A DNA stretch of 64,000 nucleotides from Clostridia bacterium (lineage in GTDB: Bacteria; Bacillota; Clostridia; Christensenellales; CAG-1252). The notes under the pieces are model-generated. The model was not told the origin of the DNA. It searched no databases and worked only from the letters and a program-made list of their open reading frames with translations. A program made the translations under genes and the position numbers. How positions within the stretch are numbered: the first letter of the stretch is position 1; each line of letters starts with the position of its first letter. Below are positions 54,445 through 63,421 of this stretch, in pieces. Location: positions 5,004 through 69,003 of the forward strand of contig JAFSWQ010000008.1 of NCBI GenBank assembly GCA_017444385.1, in the 5' to 3' direction.

Positions 54445-57117
54445 ATGAGTAATAAAAAAGAAAATCTTGATAATTTAAGCCAACTTTTCGAATTGGATGA
54501 AAATCAATTAAAAGGATTGACGCAAAAGATCAAAGAGTCTAAAAAGAACGTTACTCTTATGATCGGTAGATTGAACGACATCAAGCAAAAGATTGAGGAC
54601 GCGAGGAGAGAGGAAGAAGAAAGAGCCAAAGCCCTTGCGGAAGAAAAGCTCAAAGAAAAAGAAAAGGAAAAGCAAATCAAGGAAGAGACCGTAGTCGAAG
54701 AGGCTACGGAAGTCTTGGTTGAAGATAAGCCCGCCGAAGAAGAGAAGAAGGAAGAAACGGCGAATGTCGAAGAAGTCGTCGCGACCGAAACCGCGCCCGA
54801 AATAGAAGCGACGAAGGAAGCGGAAAAAGAGAAAGAGTCCGAAGATAAACCCGAAGAAGCGACGTTAGAGGCGACCGAGAAGACCGAAGAAAAGGAAAAG
54901 GAAAGCGAAAAACCCAAGAAAGAGCCTACCATCGTCAACGGCGCCGAACTTCCCAGCAACTTGGAAAAGTACAGAGCGAAAGGCGTAGTAGAGCCCCGTA
55001 TCTTCGTACCCCAACCCGATAAGAGAAAGGCGCAAAAGCAACAAGACAAGGCCGCTCGCCCTCAACAACAACAAAGACCCGGTCAAGCGGGTAAACAACA
55101 ACCTACCCCCGGCACCACTTTCGTGCCTTACGGCGGCAGTCAAGGCGGCAAAGACCAAAGAGGTAAGGGCGGCAAGCAAAAATTCGACCCCAGAAACAAC
55201 AACGGCGAAGATAAGAGAAGCAACAACAAACGTAATCTTATCCGCGACGCGAGAGAGGAAGGCGAACTTTCGGACGGCGAAGTAGCGAGAAGATTTAAGC
55301 TTCGCAAAGGCAGAGGTTCTTCCGACGGTCCCGTCGTGCATATCGACCACGCCGTAGTCGAGACCGATCCCGTACCCATTAAGGTATTGAGCGAAAAGAT
55401 AGGACGCCCCGCTACCGAAATAATCAAAGCGTTGATAAACTTGGGATTCTTCAAGACCGCGAATGACAGTATCGACTTCAACACCGCAGAACTCGTTTGT
55501 ATGTCTTTGGACGTTACCCTTGAACTCAAACTCGCGCAAACCAACGAGGATAAGTTCGAGGAATTGATGAAAGAAGAAGAGGTCGATCCCTCTCAACTCG
55601 TCAAGCGCGCGCCCATCGTCACGATTATGGGCCACGTCGACCACGGTAAAACCACCCTTTTGGACTACATTAGAAAAGCCAACGTCGCTAAAGGCGAGGC
55701 AGGCGGCATTACCCAACATATCGGCGCTTATACCATTAGACTTCACGGCGACAAGATAACCTTTATCGACACTCCCGGTCACGAAGCGTTTACCACGATG
55801 AGAGCGAGAGGCGCGATGGTTACCGATATCGCGATAATCGTAGTAGCGGCGGACGACTCTATAATGCCTCAAACCGTAGAGGCTATCAACCACGCGAAAG
55901 CGGCGGGCGTACCCATAATCGTCGCTATCAACAAGATAGACCGCCCCGGCGCGAATATCGAAAAAGTCAAAGCCGACCTCACCAAATACGACCTCGTATG
56001 CGAGGATTACGGCGGCGATATAACCTGCGTTCCCATTTCCGCAAAACTCGGTACGGGCGTTGACGAATTGCTCGACGATATCCTTATGTACGCGGATATG
56101 CTCAACCTCAACGCAAATCCCAAAGCGAAAGCCAAAGGTACGATTTTGGAAGCAAGACTCGACAACAACGTGGGCGCGGTAGCGACGGTACTCGTTCAAA
56201 ACGGTACGTTGAAAGTGGGCGACAACCTTGTAGCGGGTAGTTCGACCTGTAAAGTCAAGACCATGTTCGACGATAAGAAAGCGCAACTCAAACAAGCGGG
56301 ACCTTCCATTCCCGTTCAAGTTTTGGGCTTCGACACCGTTCCTAACGCGGGCGACCAAATATTAGTCGTAGACGAGAAGTTTGCGAGAAGCATCGCGGAA
56401 GAGAGAAGGATAAAAGAAAGAGAAGAGCGTATCAACAAACCCGCTTCCTCTTTGAGCGACGTAGTACGTCAAATGACCGAAGGCAAACTCAAAGAACTCA
56501 ATATCATATTGAAGTGCGACGTTCAGGGTTCGGTCGAAGCGTTGTCTTCCGAACTCGTTAAGCTTTCCAACAACGAAGTCAAAGTCAATATCGTCCATAG
56601 CGGCGTTGGCGCGGTAAACGCGAGCGACGTATCGTTAGCGGAAGCGTCAGCAAAATCCCCCGACGCAAACAAGTCGGCTGTAATAATCATAGCGTTCAAC
56701 GTCCGTCCCGACCAAAATGCGAAAGCGGCGGCTGCGGCGGCTGAATTGGAAATTAAGACCTATAACGTAATTTACGAAGCGATAGAAGATATCCAAGCGG
56801 CTCTCAAAGGTATGCTTGCGCCGAAGTTCAGAGAGAAAGTCATCGGTTCAGCGGAAGTCAGAAGCATATTCAAGATCAAGGGCGTTGGCACTATTGCGGG
56901 TTGTTACGTTACCGACGGTAAATTGGATCGTAACGCGAAAGTACGTTTATATCGTCAAGACGTATCCGTATATAACGGCGCGATAGCGTCCTTGAAACGT
57001 TTGAAAGACGACGTTAAGGAAGTAGTGCAAGGATACGAATGCGGTATCGGTATCGAGAAATTCAACGATATCAAAGAGGGCGACGTTATCGAGTGTTACG
57101 TAATGGAACAAGAATAA
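54445..57117 (+). CDS. infB: translation initiation factor IF-2
   Basis: ORF starts at 54442 (TTG). ATG 54445 lies 6 nt after AAAGGAG. E/K- and Q-rich N-terminal region. G-domain motifs GHVDHGKTTLLD, DTPGHEAF, NKID. Confidence 0.95.
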   Translation: MSNKKENLDNLSQLFELDENQLKGLTQKIKESKKNVTLMIGRLNDIKQKIEDARREEEERAKALAEEKLKEKEKEKQIKEETVVEEATEVLVEDKPAEEEKKEETANVEEVVATETAPEIEATKEAEKEKESEDKPEEATLEATEKTEEKEKESEKPKKEPTIVNGAELPSNLEKYRAKGVVEPRIFVPQPDKRKAQKQQDKAARPQQQQRPGQAGKQQPTPGTTFVPYGGSQGGKDQRGKGGKQKFDPRNNNGEDKRSNNKRNLIRDAREEGELSDGEVARRFKLRKGRGSSDGPVVHIDHAVVETDPVPIKVLSEKIGRPATEIIKALINLGFFKTANDSIDFNTAELVCMSLDVTLELKLAQTNEDKFEELMKEEEVDPSQLVKRAPIVTIMGHVDHGKTTLLDYIRKANVAKGEAGGITQHIGAYTIRLHGDKITFIDTPGHEAFTTMRARGAMVTDIAIIVVAADDSIMPQTVEAINHAKAAGVPIIVAINKIDRPGANIEKVKADLTKYDLVCEDYGGDITCVPISAKLGTGVDELLDDILMYADMLNLNANPKAKAKGTILEARLDNNVGAVATVLVQNGTLKVGDNLVAGSSTCKVKTMFDDKKAQLKQAGPSIPVQVLGFDTVPNAGDQILVVDEKFARSIAEERRIKEREERINKPASSLSDVVRQMTEGKLKELNIILKCDVQGSVEALSSELVKLSNNEVKVNIVHSGVGAVNASDVSLAEASAKSPDANKSAVIIIAFNVRPDQNAKAAAAAAELEIKTYNVIYEAIEDIQAALKGMLAPKFREKVIGSAEVRSIFKIKGVGTIAGCYVTDGKLDRNAKVRLYRQDVSVYNGAIASLKRLKDDVKEVVQGYECGIGIEKFNDIKEGDVIECYVMEQE

Positions 57118-57118
57118 T

Positions 57119-57499
57119 ATGCCAAATATTGACAGAGTAAACAGCGAATTAGCAAAACAAATCGGCCTCATTATCGACCGTAAAATCAAAGATCCTCGCG
57201 TGCAGGGTATGCTCACCGTGACCGCGGTACGCACCACGCCCGACCTCAAATACGCAAAGGTTTACGTCAGCTACTACGGGGACGAGGATAAGAGAGATCA
57301 AACTTTCAGCGCGTTGAATAATTGCGCGGGTTTCGTCCGTAACGAGTTAAAGAGCGTAGTCAAGTTGAGACTTATACCCACTTTGACGTTTATCTACGAC
57401 GATACCGCTCTTTATGCGGCGGAAATGAGCAAACTTATAGACAAAGCGAAATCCACTATGGTTTATTTCGAAGACGATGAACAAACGGATCCTCAATGA
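57119..57499 (+). CDS. rbfA: ribosome-binding factor A
   Basis: RVNSELAKQIGLII...DPRV and VTAVRTTPDLKYAKVYV, typical of RbfA. Confidence 0.9.
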   Translation: MPNIDRVNSELAKQIGLIIDRKIKDPRVQGMLTVTAVRTTPDLKYAKVYVSYYGDEDKRDQTFSALNNCAGFVRNELKSVVKLRLIPTLTFIYDDTALYAAEMSKLIDKAKSTMVYFEDDEQTDPQ

Positions 57500-58433
57500 A
57501 GTCGTAAATAAAATAAAGAAAGCCGAAAGAATCGCGGTTGTAACGCACATTTTACCCGACGGCGACGCCGTCGGGAGCGCTCTTTCTCTGTGGCGAGTGC
57601 TTACGAAAGCGGGTAAGAAGTGCGACTGTCTTTGTGATAGCGAACTTCCCAATTCGGTTAAAGGGCTTCCTTTTGAAGAGCATTATAACATACAAACCCT
57701 TAACGAATACGATCTCGCCATTTCGGTCGATTTGAGCGACGTCGTAAGGGCGGGGAAGTACGCCTATCTTTTCGACGGCAAGAATTGTATTTCTATTGAT
57801 CATCATAAAGGGCGCACGCCCTTTTCAGCGCTTGACCTCGTCGATTATCGCTCGTCAAACTGCGAGATAATGCTCGAATTATATTTAGAGGCTTTCGCCG
57901 AATATATCGACAAAGACGTGGCGACCTTGCTTTACGTCGGTCTCGTCACCGATACGGGCGGTTTCGCTTACGAATACGTGGACGCTCGTTCGCACGTTTG
58001 CGCCGAAAAACTGTTTTCTTACGGTATAGACGCAAGTTTTCTTTACCGCAAATACTACCTTGAAAGACCTTTGAACGTAGTCAAGATGCACGCCTACGTT
58101 GTTTCACACTGTATTTACGAATTGGACGACGAATTGGCTATTCTCGTGTTTTCTAGAGAGGTTTTGGACAAATTCCACGGCGACATCACCGATACTTCCT
58201 CTGCGATTAGTACGGTAGTGAACGCAATAGAGGTCAAAGTGGGTATTTCCATAACCGAAGTAGAAACTAATAAATATAAAGTGAGTTTGAGAAGTAAAGG
58301 CGCAGTCGACGTCAACGCGGTTGCGGCTGCATTCGGTGGGGGCGGTCACGTCAACGCTTCGGGTTGCAGGCTTCAAGGCGAACTCGGCATAGTAATAGAC
58401 AAACTCGTTTTCGAAGTATCAAAATATCTATGA
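57477..58433 (+). CDS. nrnA: DHH/DHHA1 phosphoesterase (NrnA-like oligoribonuclease/pAp phosphatase)
   Basis: DGDAVGS, DHH (SIDHHK) and GGGHVNASG motifs. Confidence 0.75.
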   Translation: MNKRILNEVVNKIKKAERIAVVTHILPDGDAVGSALSLWRVLTKAGKKCDCLCDSELPNSVKGLPFEEHYNIQTLNEYDLAISVDLSDVVRAGKYAYLFDGKNCISIDHHKGRTPFSALDLVDYRSSNCEIMLELYLEAFAEYIDKDVATLLYVGLVTDTGGFAYEYVDARSHVCAEKLFSYGIDASFLYRKYYLERPLNVVKMHAYVVSHCIYELDDELAILVFSREVLDKFHGDITDTSSAISTVVNAIEVKVGISITEVETNKYKVSLRSKGAVDVNAVAAAFGGGGHVNASGCRLQGELGIVIDKLVFEVSKYL

Positions 58434-60184
58434 ACGGATTTTACAACGTATTGAAACCCACGGGGTACACGTCTTCGGACGTCGTTATTAAGCTTCGCGG
58501 GATAATACGCGCCCAAACGGGACTTAAAGTCAAGTGCGGGCATTTGGGAACTCTCGACCCCGGCGGATCGGGAGTTTTACCTATCGCCGTAGGCGTAGCC
58601 ACCAAACTATTCGACGAACTGGGCGGTTCTAAAAAGATATACAGAGCGCAGGCGACTTTAGGCGTAGAAACCGATACGTTAGATTCTTACGGCAACGTTT
58701 TACGCGAAATAGATACAAAGGATATTCCCGTTTTGAGCGAAGAGAAAATCATCGAGGTTTTTAAGTCTTTCATCGGCGTTCAGGAACAATTACCACCGAA
58801 GTATTCCGCTAAAAGTATCGACGGTAAACGCGCCTACGATCTCGCAAGGAAAGGGGTCGATTTCGAAGTAAAAACCCAAAAGATAGAGATATTCGACGTT
58901 AAGTTATTGAGCTACGAAGAAAATAGGATTACCTTCGATCTTACCTGTTCGGGCGGGACTTACGTTCGCTCATTCGTGAGGGATTTAGGTGAAAAACTCG
59001 GCGCGCCCGCATATATGTCCTACATAATAAGGCTTAAAAGCGCGGGCTTCGATATAGAAAACGCCGTTACGTTAGAAGAGATAGAAAGCGACTTAAATAG
59101 CGGTTTCATCTCTCTTGAAAACTACGCGAAGACTCTACCGTCAATTAATATAAACGACCATAAAAAAGAGTTCGGCGTTGGAGGCGAAATACCTTGCGAA
59201 TACGAGGGGCTCGTCGGCATATACGCGGATAGATTCATAGGAATAGGGAAGGGCGAAGAAGGCTTCTTGAAAAGAGCGGCTATTCCCGACGAAGAGGTTT
59301 TGAATGTGGAAGAATTCGATAAAACCATCTTTCCGCAAAAGATAAGCCTCGCGTTAGGGTACTTCGACGCGATGCATTTAGGTCACGCAAAAATAATAAA
59401 GGAATTGAAGTCCACCCACGGAATACCCGCTATATTTACCTTAAAAGGCAGTATCAACGACTACAACAAGAATTACGGCGACCTTTATTCGTTCGAAGAT
59501 AGGACGAATTCGTATTTCTCCGCGGGCGTTAAAAAAATATTCTACGAGGAAGTGACCGAGGATTTTATGAATACCGAGCCGAAGGATTTTCTCGATCTTC
59601 TTACCGAGAATATCAACGTGGGCGCGTTCGTTTGCGGCGGCGATTATACCTTCGGCAAGAAAGCCTCGGGCGACGTTGAGTTTTTAAGGGCGTACGCCGG
59701 AAGTAAAGGAATTGAACTAAAAGTCGTCGATATATTAACGATAGACGGCGAAAAGATAAGCAGTCGTTCGATAAAAGAGGCTATCAAAAGCGGTGACGTC
59801 GAAAAGGCGAATTCGCTTTTAGGTTACGTTTATTCGGTTAGAGGTAAAGTGGTTTCGGGGCGTAAAGAGGGTAGAAGAATTGGTTATCCCACCGTCAACG
59901 TCAATTTAGACCGCTCGCTCGTCACACTTAAAGAAGGCGTTTATCATACTAAAACCCGTATAAAAGGCGAGTATTACGATTGCGTAACGAACGTCGGCGC
60001 TCACCCCACGTTCGAGGACGAAAATTTCAATGCGGAAACACATATTATCGGTTATGAAGGCGACCTTTACGGCAAAACCATAAAGATCGAGTTTATAAAG
60101 TACTTAAGAGGGATAAAGAAATTTACGTCGGCAGCAGAACTCAAAAAACAAATCGCAAAAGATATTGAGGAGATAAAAAAATGA
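58430..60184 (+). CDS. fused tRNA pseudouridine(55) synthase TruB / bifunctional riboflavin kinase-FMN adenylyltransferase RibF
   Basis: ORF 58364..60184. ATG 58430 overlaps the nrnA TGA. N-terminal TruB motif GHLGTLDPGGSGVLP. From about aa 300, RibF FAD-synthetase motif ALGYFDAMHLGH and riboflavin kinase motif GRKEGRRIGYPTVN. No stop between the halves. Confidence 0.85.
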   Translation: MNGFYNVLKPTGYTSSDVVIKLRGIIRAQTGLKVKCGHLGTLDPGGSGVLPIAVGVATKLFDELGGSKKIYRAQATLGVETDTLDSYGNVLREIDTKDIPVLSEEKIIEVFKSFIGVQEQLPPKYSAKSIDGKRAYDLARKGVDFEVKTQKIEIFDVKLLSYEENRITFDLTCSGGTYVRSFVRDLGEKLGAPAYMSYIIRLKSAGFDIENAVTLEEIESDLNSGFISLENYAKTLPSININDHKKEFGVGGEIPCEYEGLVGIYADRFIGIGKGEEGFLKRAAIPDEEVLNVEEFDKTIFPQKISLALGYFDAMHLGHAKIIKELKSTHGIPAIFTLKGSINDYNKNYGDLYSFEDRTNSYFSAGVKKIFYEEVTEDFMNTEPKDFLDLLTENINVGAFVCGGDYTFGKKASGDVEFLRAYAGSKGIELKVVDILTIDGEKISSRSIKEAIKSGDVEKANSLLGYVYSVRGKVVSGRKEGRRIGYPTVNVNLDRSLVTLKEGVYHTKTRIKGEYYDCVTNVGAHPTFEDENFNAETHIIGYEGDLYGKTIKIEFIKYLRGIKKFTSAAELKKQIAKDIEEIKK

Positions 60185-61044
60185 ACGAGATTAAATTCGG
60201 ACCATCGGGTAGCGACCTCGCTTTTTACGAACTCGGTTATGAAAGTACTACGCAAATGCCCGAGTACGTCGAAAGCCTCGGGCTTGATTGCTTCGAGTAT
60301 TCGTTTGGTAAAGGCGTTAGAATAAGCGCGGCTACCGCCGAGAAAATCGGGGAAGCGTTCAAAGAGAGAAATATCGAGATAAGCGTTCACGCGCCTTATT
60401 TTATCAATCTTTCCAATCCCGACCCCGAAAAGATAAACAATTCCTTCGGGTATTTGACCGCCTCGATGGACGCATTATTGCTTATGGGCGGTAAGCGAGT
60501 GGTGTTCCACCCCGGCTCTATGCTCAAACTCACGAGAGAGGAAGCGTATTCGCTTATGATGAAGAACGCCGAAGGATTCCTACCCATTCTCAACCAAGAC
60601 AGATACGACGGTTTATACGTTTGCCCCGAAACGATGGGTAAAGTAAATCAAATGGGTACGGTCGACGAGATAGCGGATATTTGTAGGCTCAGCGATAAAT
60701 TTTTGCCTTGCGTGGATTTCGGGCACGTCAACGCGAGAGAGCAGGGCGTCTTAAAAACCCGAGACGACTATCAGCGAATAATAGATACCTTATCAAATAA
60801 ACTCACCGATTTTCAAGTTAAGAATATGCACGTGCATTTTTCCAAGATCGAATACGGCGCAAAGGGCGAGATAAAGCACCTTACTTTCGAGGATACCGTT
60901 TACGGCCCCGAGTTCGAGCCTCTTGCCGAAGTCTTGGTCAAGAATTCGCTTACCCCATATATCGTTTCCGAGTCCGACGGGACGCAAGGCAAGGACGCGA
61001 AATATATGAAATCGGTCTATAATAGTATAAAAAACGCCAAGTAA
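60181..61044 (+). CDS. endonuclease IV-like TIM-barrel protein (xylose isomerase-like fold)
   Basis: HAPYFINLSNP, RVVFHPGS and VDFGHVNA resemble the Nfo-family metal-binding blocks. Confidence 0.6.
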   Translation: MNEIKFGPSGSDLAFYELGYESTTQMPEYVESLGLDCFEYSFGKGVRISAATAEKIGEAFKERNIEISVHAPYFINLSNPDPEKINNSFGYLTASMDALLLMGGKRVVFHPGSMLKLTREEAYSLMMKNAEGFLPILNQDRYDGLYVCPETMGKVNQMGTVDEIADICRLSDKFLPCVDFGHVNAREQGVLKTRDDYQRIIDTLSNKLTDFQVKNMHVHFSKIEYGAKGEIKHLTFEDTVYGPEFEPLAEVLVKNSLTPYIVSESDGTQGKDAKYMKSVYNSIKNAK

Positions 61045-61106
61045 ATTAAAATAATACTTGCAAAATTACTTATATTATTATATAATTTTAATTAAGGACT
61101 ACGAAA

Positions 61107-62165
61107 ATGAACGCTTTAACTTTACGCGAATTGGTGAATAAATGCAACGTGGACGCCCTCTTGTTGACGTCTTATTCGAATTGCTCTTATTACGCGAAGT
61201 ATATGAACCCCGAGTGTTCAATACTTGCGACCAAGAACGAAGTCTGGTATTTTACCGACGATAGATATTTAGAAGAAGCGCGCAAGATAGTCCCGGCGGA
61301 CTATAAACTCGTTTCTTGTAGAAATACGGACTATAAAAAGATATACGAAACCGTCGATTTCGGTTCTATCAAGACGATAGGTATCGACGACGTAAAGTTC
61401 GCGGATTATTTAGCGATGCGCAATACGTTTTACGGCGTTGACATTTTTGACTTTCAAGCCGCGATATCCGCGCCTCGCGCGGTAAAGACCGAAGAAGAGA
61501 TCGCTTTGATCGCTAAAGCCGCTCATTGTAACGACGTAGCGTTTGAAAATCTTCTCGGGCAAGTTAAAGAAGGAATGACCGAGTTGGAACTCGCTTACCT
61601 ACTTCAATACGAGTATATAAAAGCGGGCGGCGAAGGTATAGCGTTCGACACGATAAGCGTATTCGGCGAGCATACCGCATATCCTCACGGTCACCCCGGT
61701 CATACGAAGTTGAAATACGGCGATTGCGTTACGCTTGACTTCGGCACAAAGTACGGCGGATACTGCTCGGATATAACGAGGAATTTCTGTTTCGGGAAGC
61801 CCGATCCCGAATACGTAAGATGCTATCAAGCGGTTTTGGAAGCAAACAAAGCGGGTATCGACGCGGTTGAAGTCGGCAAGGCTTGCAAAGACGTCGACAA
61901 GGTCGCTCGCGACGTATTGAAAAAGTACGATCTTGACAAATACTTCACCCACTCGCTAGGTCACGGCGTAGGCATAGATATCCACGAATTTCCTTATCTA
62001 TCGCCCAAAAGCAACGACGTATTCAAGGAAAACCAAGTGTACACGGTTGAACCCGGCATATACATAAACGGCAAATTCGGCATACGCATTGAGGATTTAT
62101 TGACCGTCAAAAACGGTCGTTCCAATCTGCTCAGCCGTTGTAATAAAGAATTGATAATTTTATAG
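61107..62165 (+). CDS. pepP: M24-family Xaa-Pro aminopeptidase
   Basis: [33 protein letters not shown] and IRIEDL metal-ligand blocks. Upstream of efp, as in Bacillus. Confidence 0.9.
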   Translation: MNALTLRELVNKCNVDALLLTSYSNCSYYAKYMNPECSILATKNEVWYFTDDRYLEEARKIVPADYKLVSCRNTDYKKIYETVDFGSIKTIGIDDVKFADYLAMRNTFYGVDIFDFQAAISAPRAVKTEEEIALIAKAAHCNDVAFENLLGQVKEGMTELELAYLLQYEYIKAGGEGIAFDTISVFGEHTAYPHGHPGHTKLKYGDCVTLDFGTKYGGYCSDITRNFCFGKPDPEYVRCYQAVLEANKAGIDAVEVGKACKDVDKVARDVLKKYDLDKYFTHSLGHGVGIDIHEFPYLSPKSNDVFKENQVYTVEPGIYINGKFGIRIEDLLTVKNGRSNLLSRCNKELIIL

Positions 62166-62175
62166 GAGGCTATAT

Positions 62176-62742
62176 ATGGGATTTATTTTAGCAGGTGATT
62201 TTAGAAAAGGCGTCACTTTTGAATTTGAAGGAAACGTAATGGTTATAGTCGATTTCCAACACGTTAAACCCGGCAAGGGCGCGGCTTTCGTCCGTACCAA
62301 AATCAAAAACGTTATGACGGGTAGCGTACTTGAAAAGACTTTCAACCCCACCGATAAATTTGAGACCGCAATGATCGAGCGTAAACAAATGCAATACAGC
62401 TACACGGACGGCGAATTCTACTACTTTATGGACAACGAGACCTACGACATCATTCCTTTGAATTACGAACAATGTCAAGACGCTCTTAACTTCATCGTAG
62501 AACAAAGCAACGTCACCGTTTCTTTCTACAAGGGAAAAGCCTTCTTGGTAGAGCCCGAAACCTTCGTTACCTTGCTCATCACCGTTTGCGAACCCGCCGT
62601 CAGAGGCAACACCGCCACCCCCGGCACCAAGCCCGCGACTTTGGAAACCGGATTCAAGATCCAAGTTCCTATGTTCGTTAACGAAGGCGAGAGAATCCGC
62701 GTAGATACCCGTACCGGTACCTATTTGGAGCGCGCCGACTAA
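62176..62742 (+). CDS. efp: translation elongation factor P
   Basis: [17 protein letters not shown] loop. 188 aa. Confidence 0.97.
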   Translation: MGFILAGDFRKGVTFEFEGNVMVIVDFQHVKPGKGAAFVRTKIKNVMTGSVLEKTFNPTDKFETAMIERKQMQYSYTDGEFYYFMDNETYDIIPLNYEQCQDALNFIVEQSNVTVSFYKGKAFLVEPETFVTLLITVCEPAVRGNTATPGTKPATLETGFKIQVPMFVNEGERIRVDTRTGTYLERAD

Positions 62743-62886
62743 TAGTTAAGGCTACTCAGCGGGTTGTTCGGATTAACTATGGAAAGCGGTTTGCGCCGCT
62801 TCCCGACAACCATTATTTCGAACCAATCCACATAATGATAATGCGTTTATACGACTTATGATCCCCGTAGTCGTACGAGTAGATAA

Positions 62887-62918
62887 AGAGGCTACGAAAT
62901 TTTGTCAGCCTCTTTTTT
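62887..62918 (+). terminator. intrinsic terminator downstream of efp
   Basis: AGAGGCT - 13-nt loop - AGCCTCT followed by a T6 run. Confidence 0.55.
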
Positions 62919-62989
62919 CGTAAACAATAGAATTAGCGAGCGTTTGAAACGAATTCGCAAAAATGAACTTGATTATTACGTGGATTTGA

Positions 62990-63363
62990 GTACGTCATCC
63001 TGAGCCTGTCGAAGGATCCCCTAACGCGAAGCAACGTTTACAAGGAAGAGATGTTTCGACTACTCTCAACATGACGAAAATAGGTTTATAGTACGTCATC
63101 CCGAGCATCGTCGAGGGATCCCCTATCAAGAGGTAACTATTACTTTCTATGCTTTATTCGGAAGAGATGTTTCGACTACGCTCAACATGACGAATAAATA
63201 GAAGAAAGTCATACTTAACAACAAAAATCCGAGCGAAGCGAGGCTCGAGTAAACGCACAGTGTTTGCGAGAAAGAGGAATAGACAAGCAAAAACTAAATC
63301 ATCGTGAGATGATAAGTAAAAGCGAAGTCTATGACGAGTCGAGGGATCCCCTAACGCGAAGCA
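62990..63363 (+). repeat. repeat cluster: S - A - S - A - T1
   Basis: S 62990-63033, A 63044-63076, S 63091-63125, A 63170-63202, T1 63218-63363 (copy carrying compensatory stem changes). Confidence 0.9.
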
Positions 63364-63421
63364 ACGAACAACTATTTCAAACGGTATATCTTAATTATAA
63401 ACGACCAAAATAGAGGTAATT

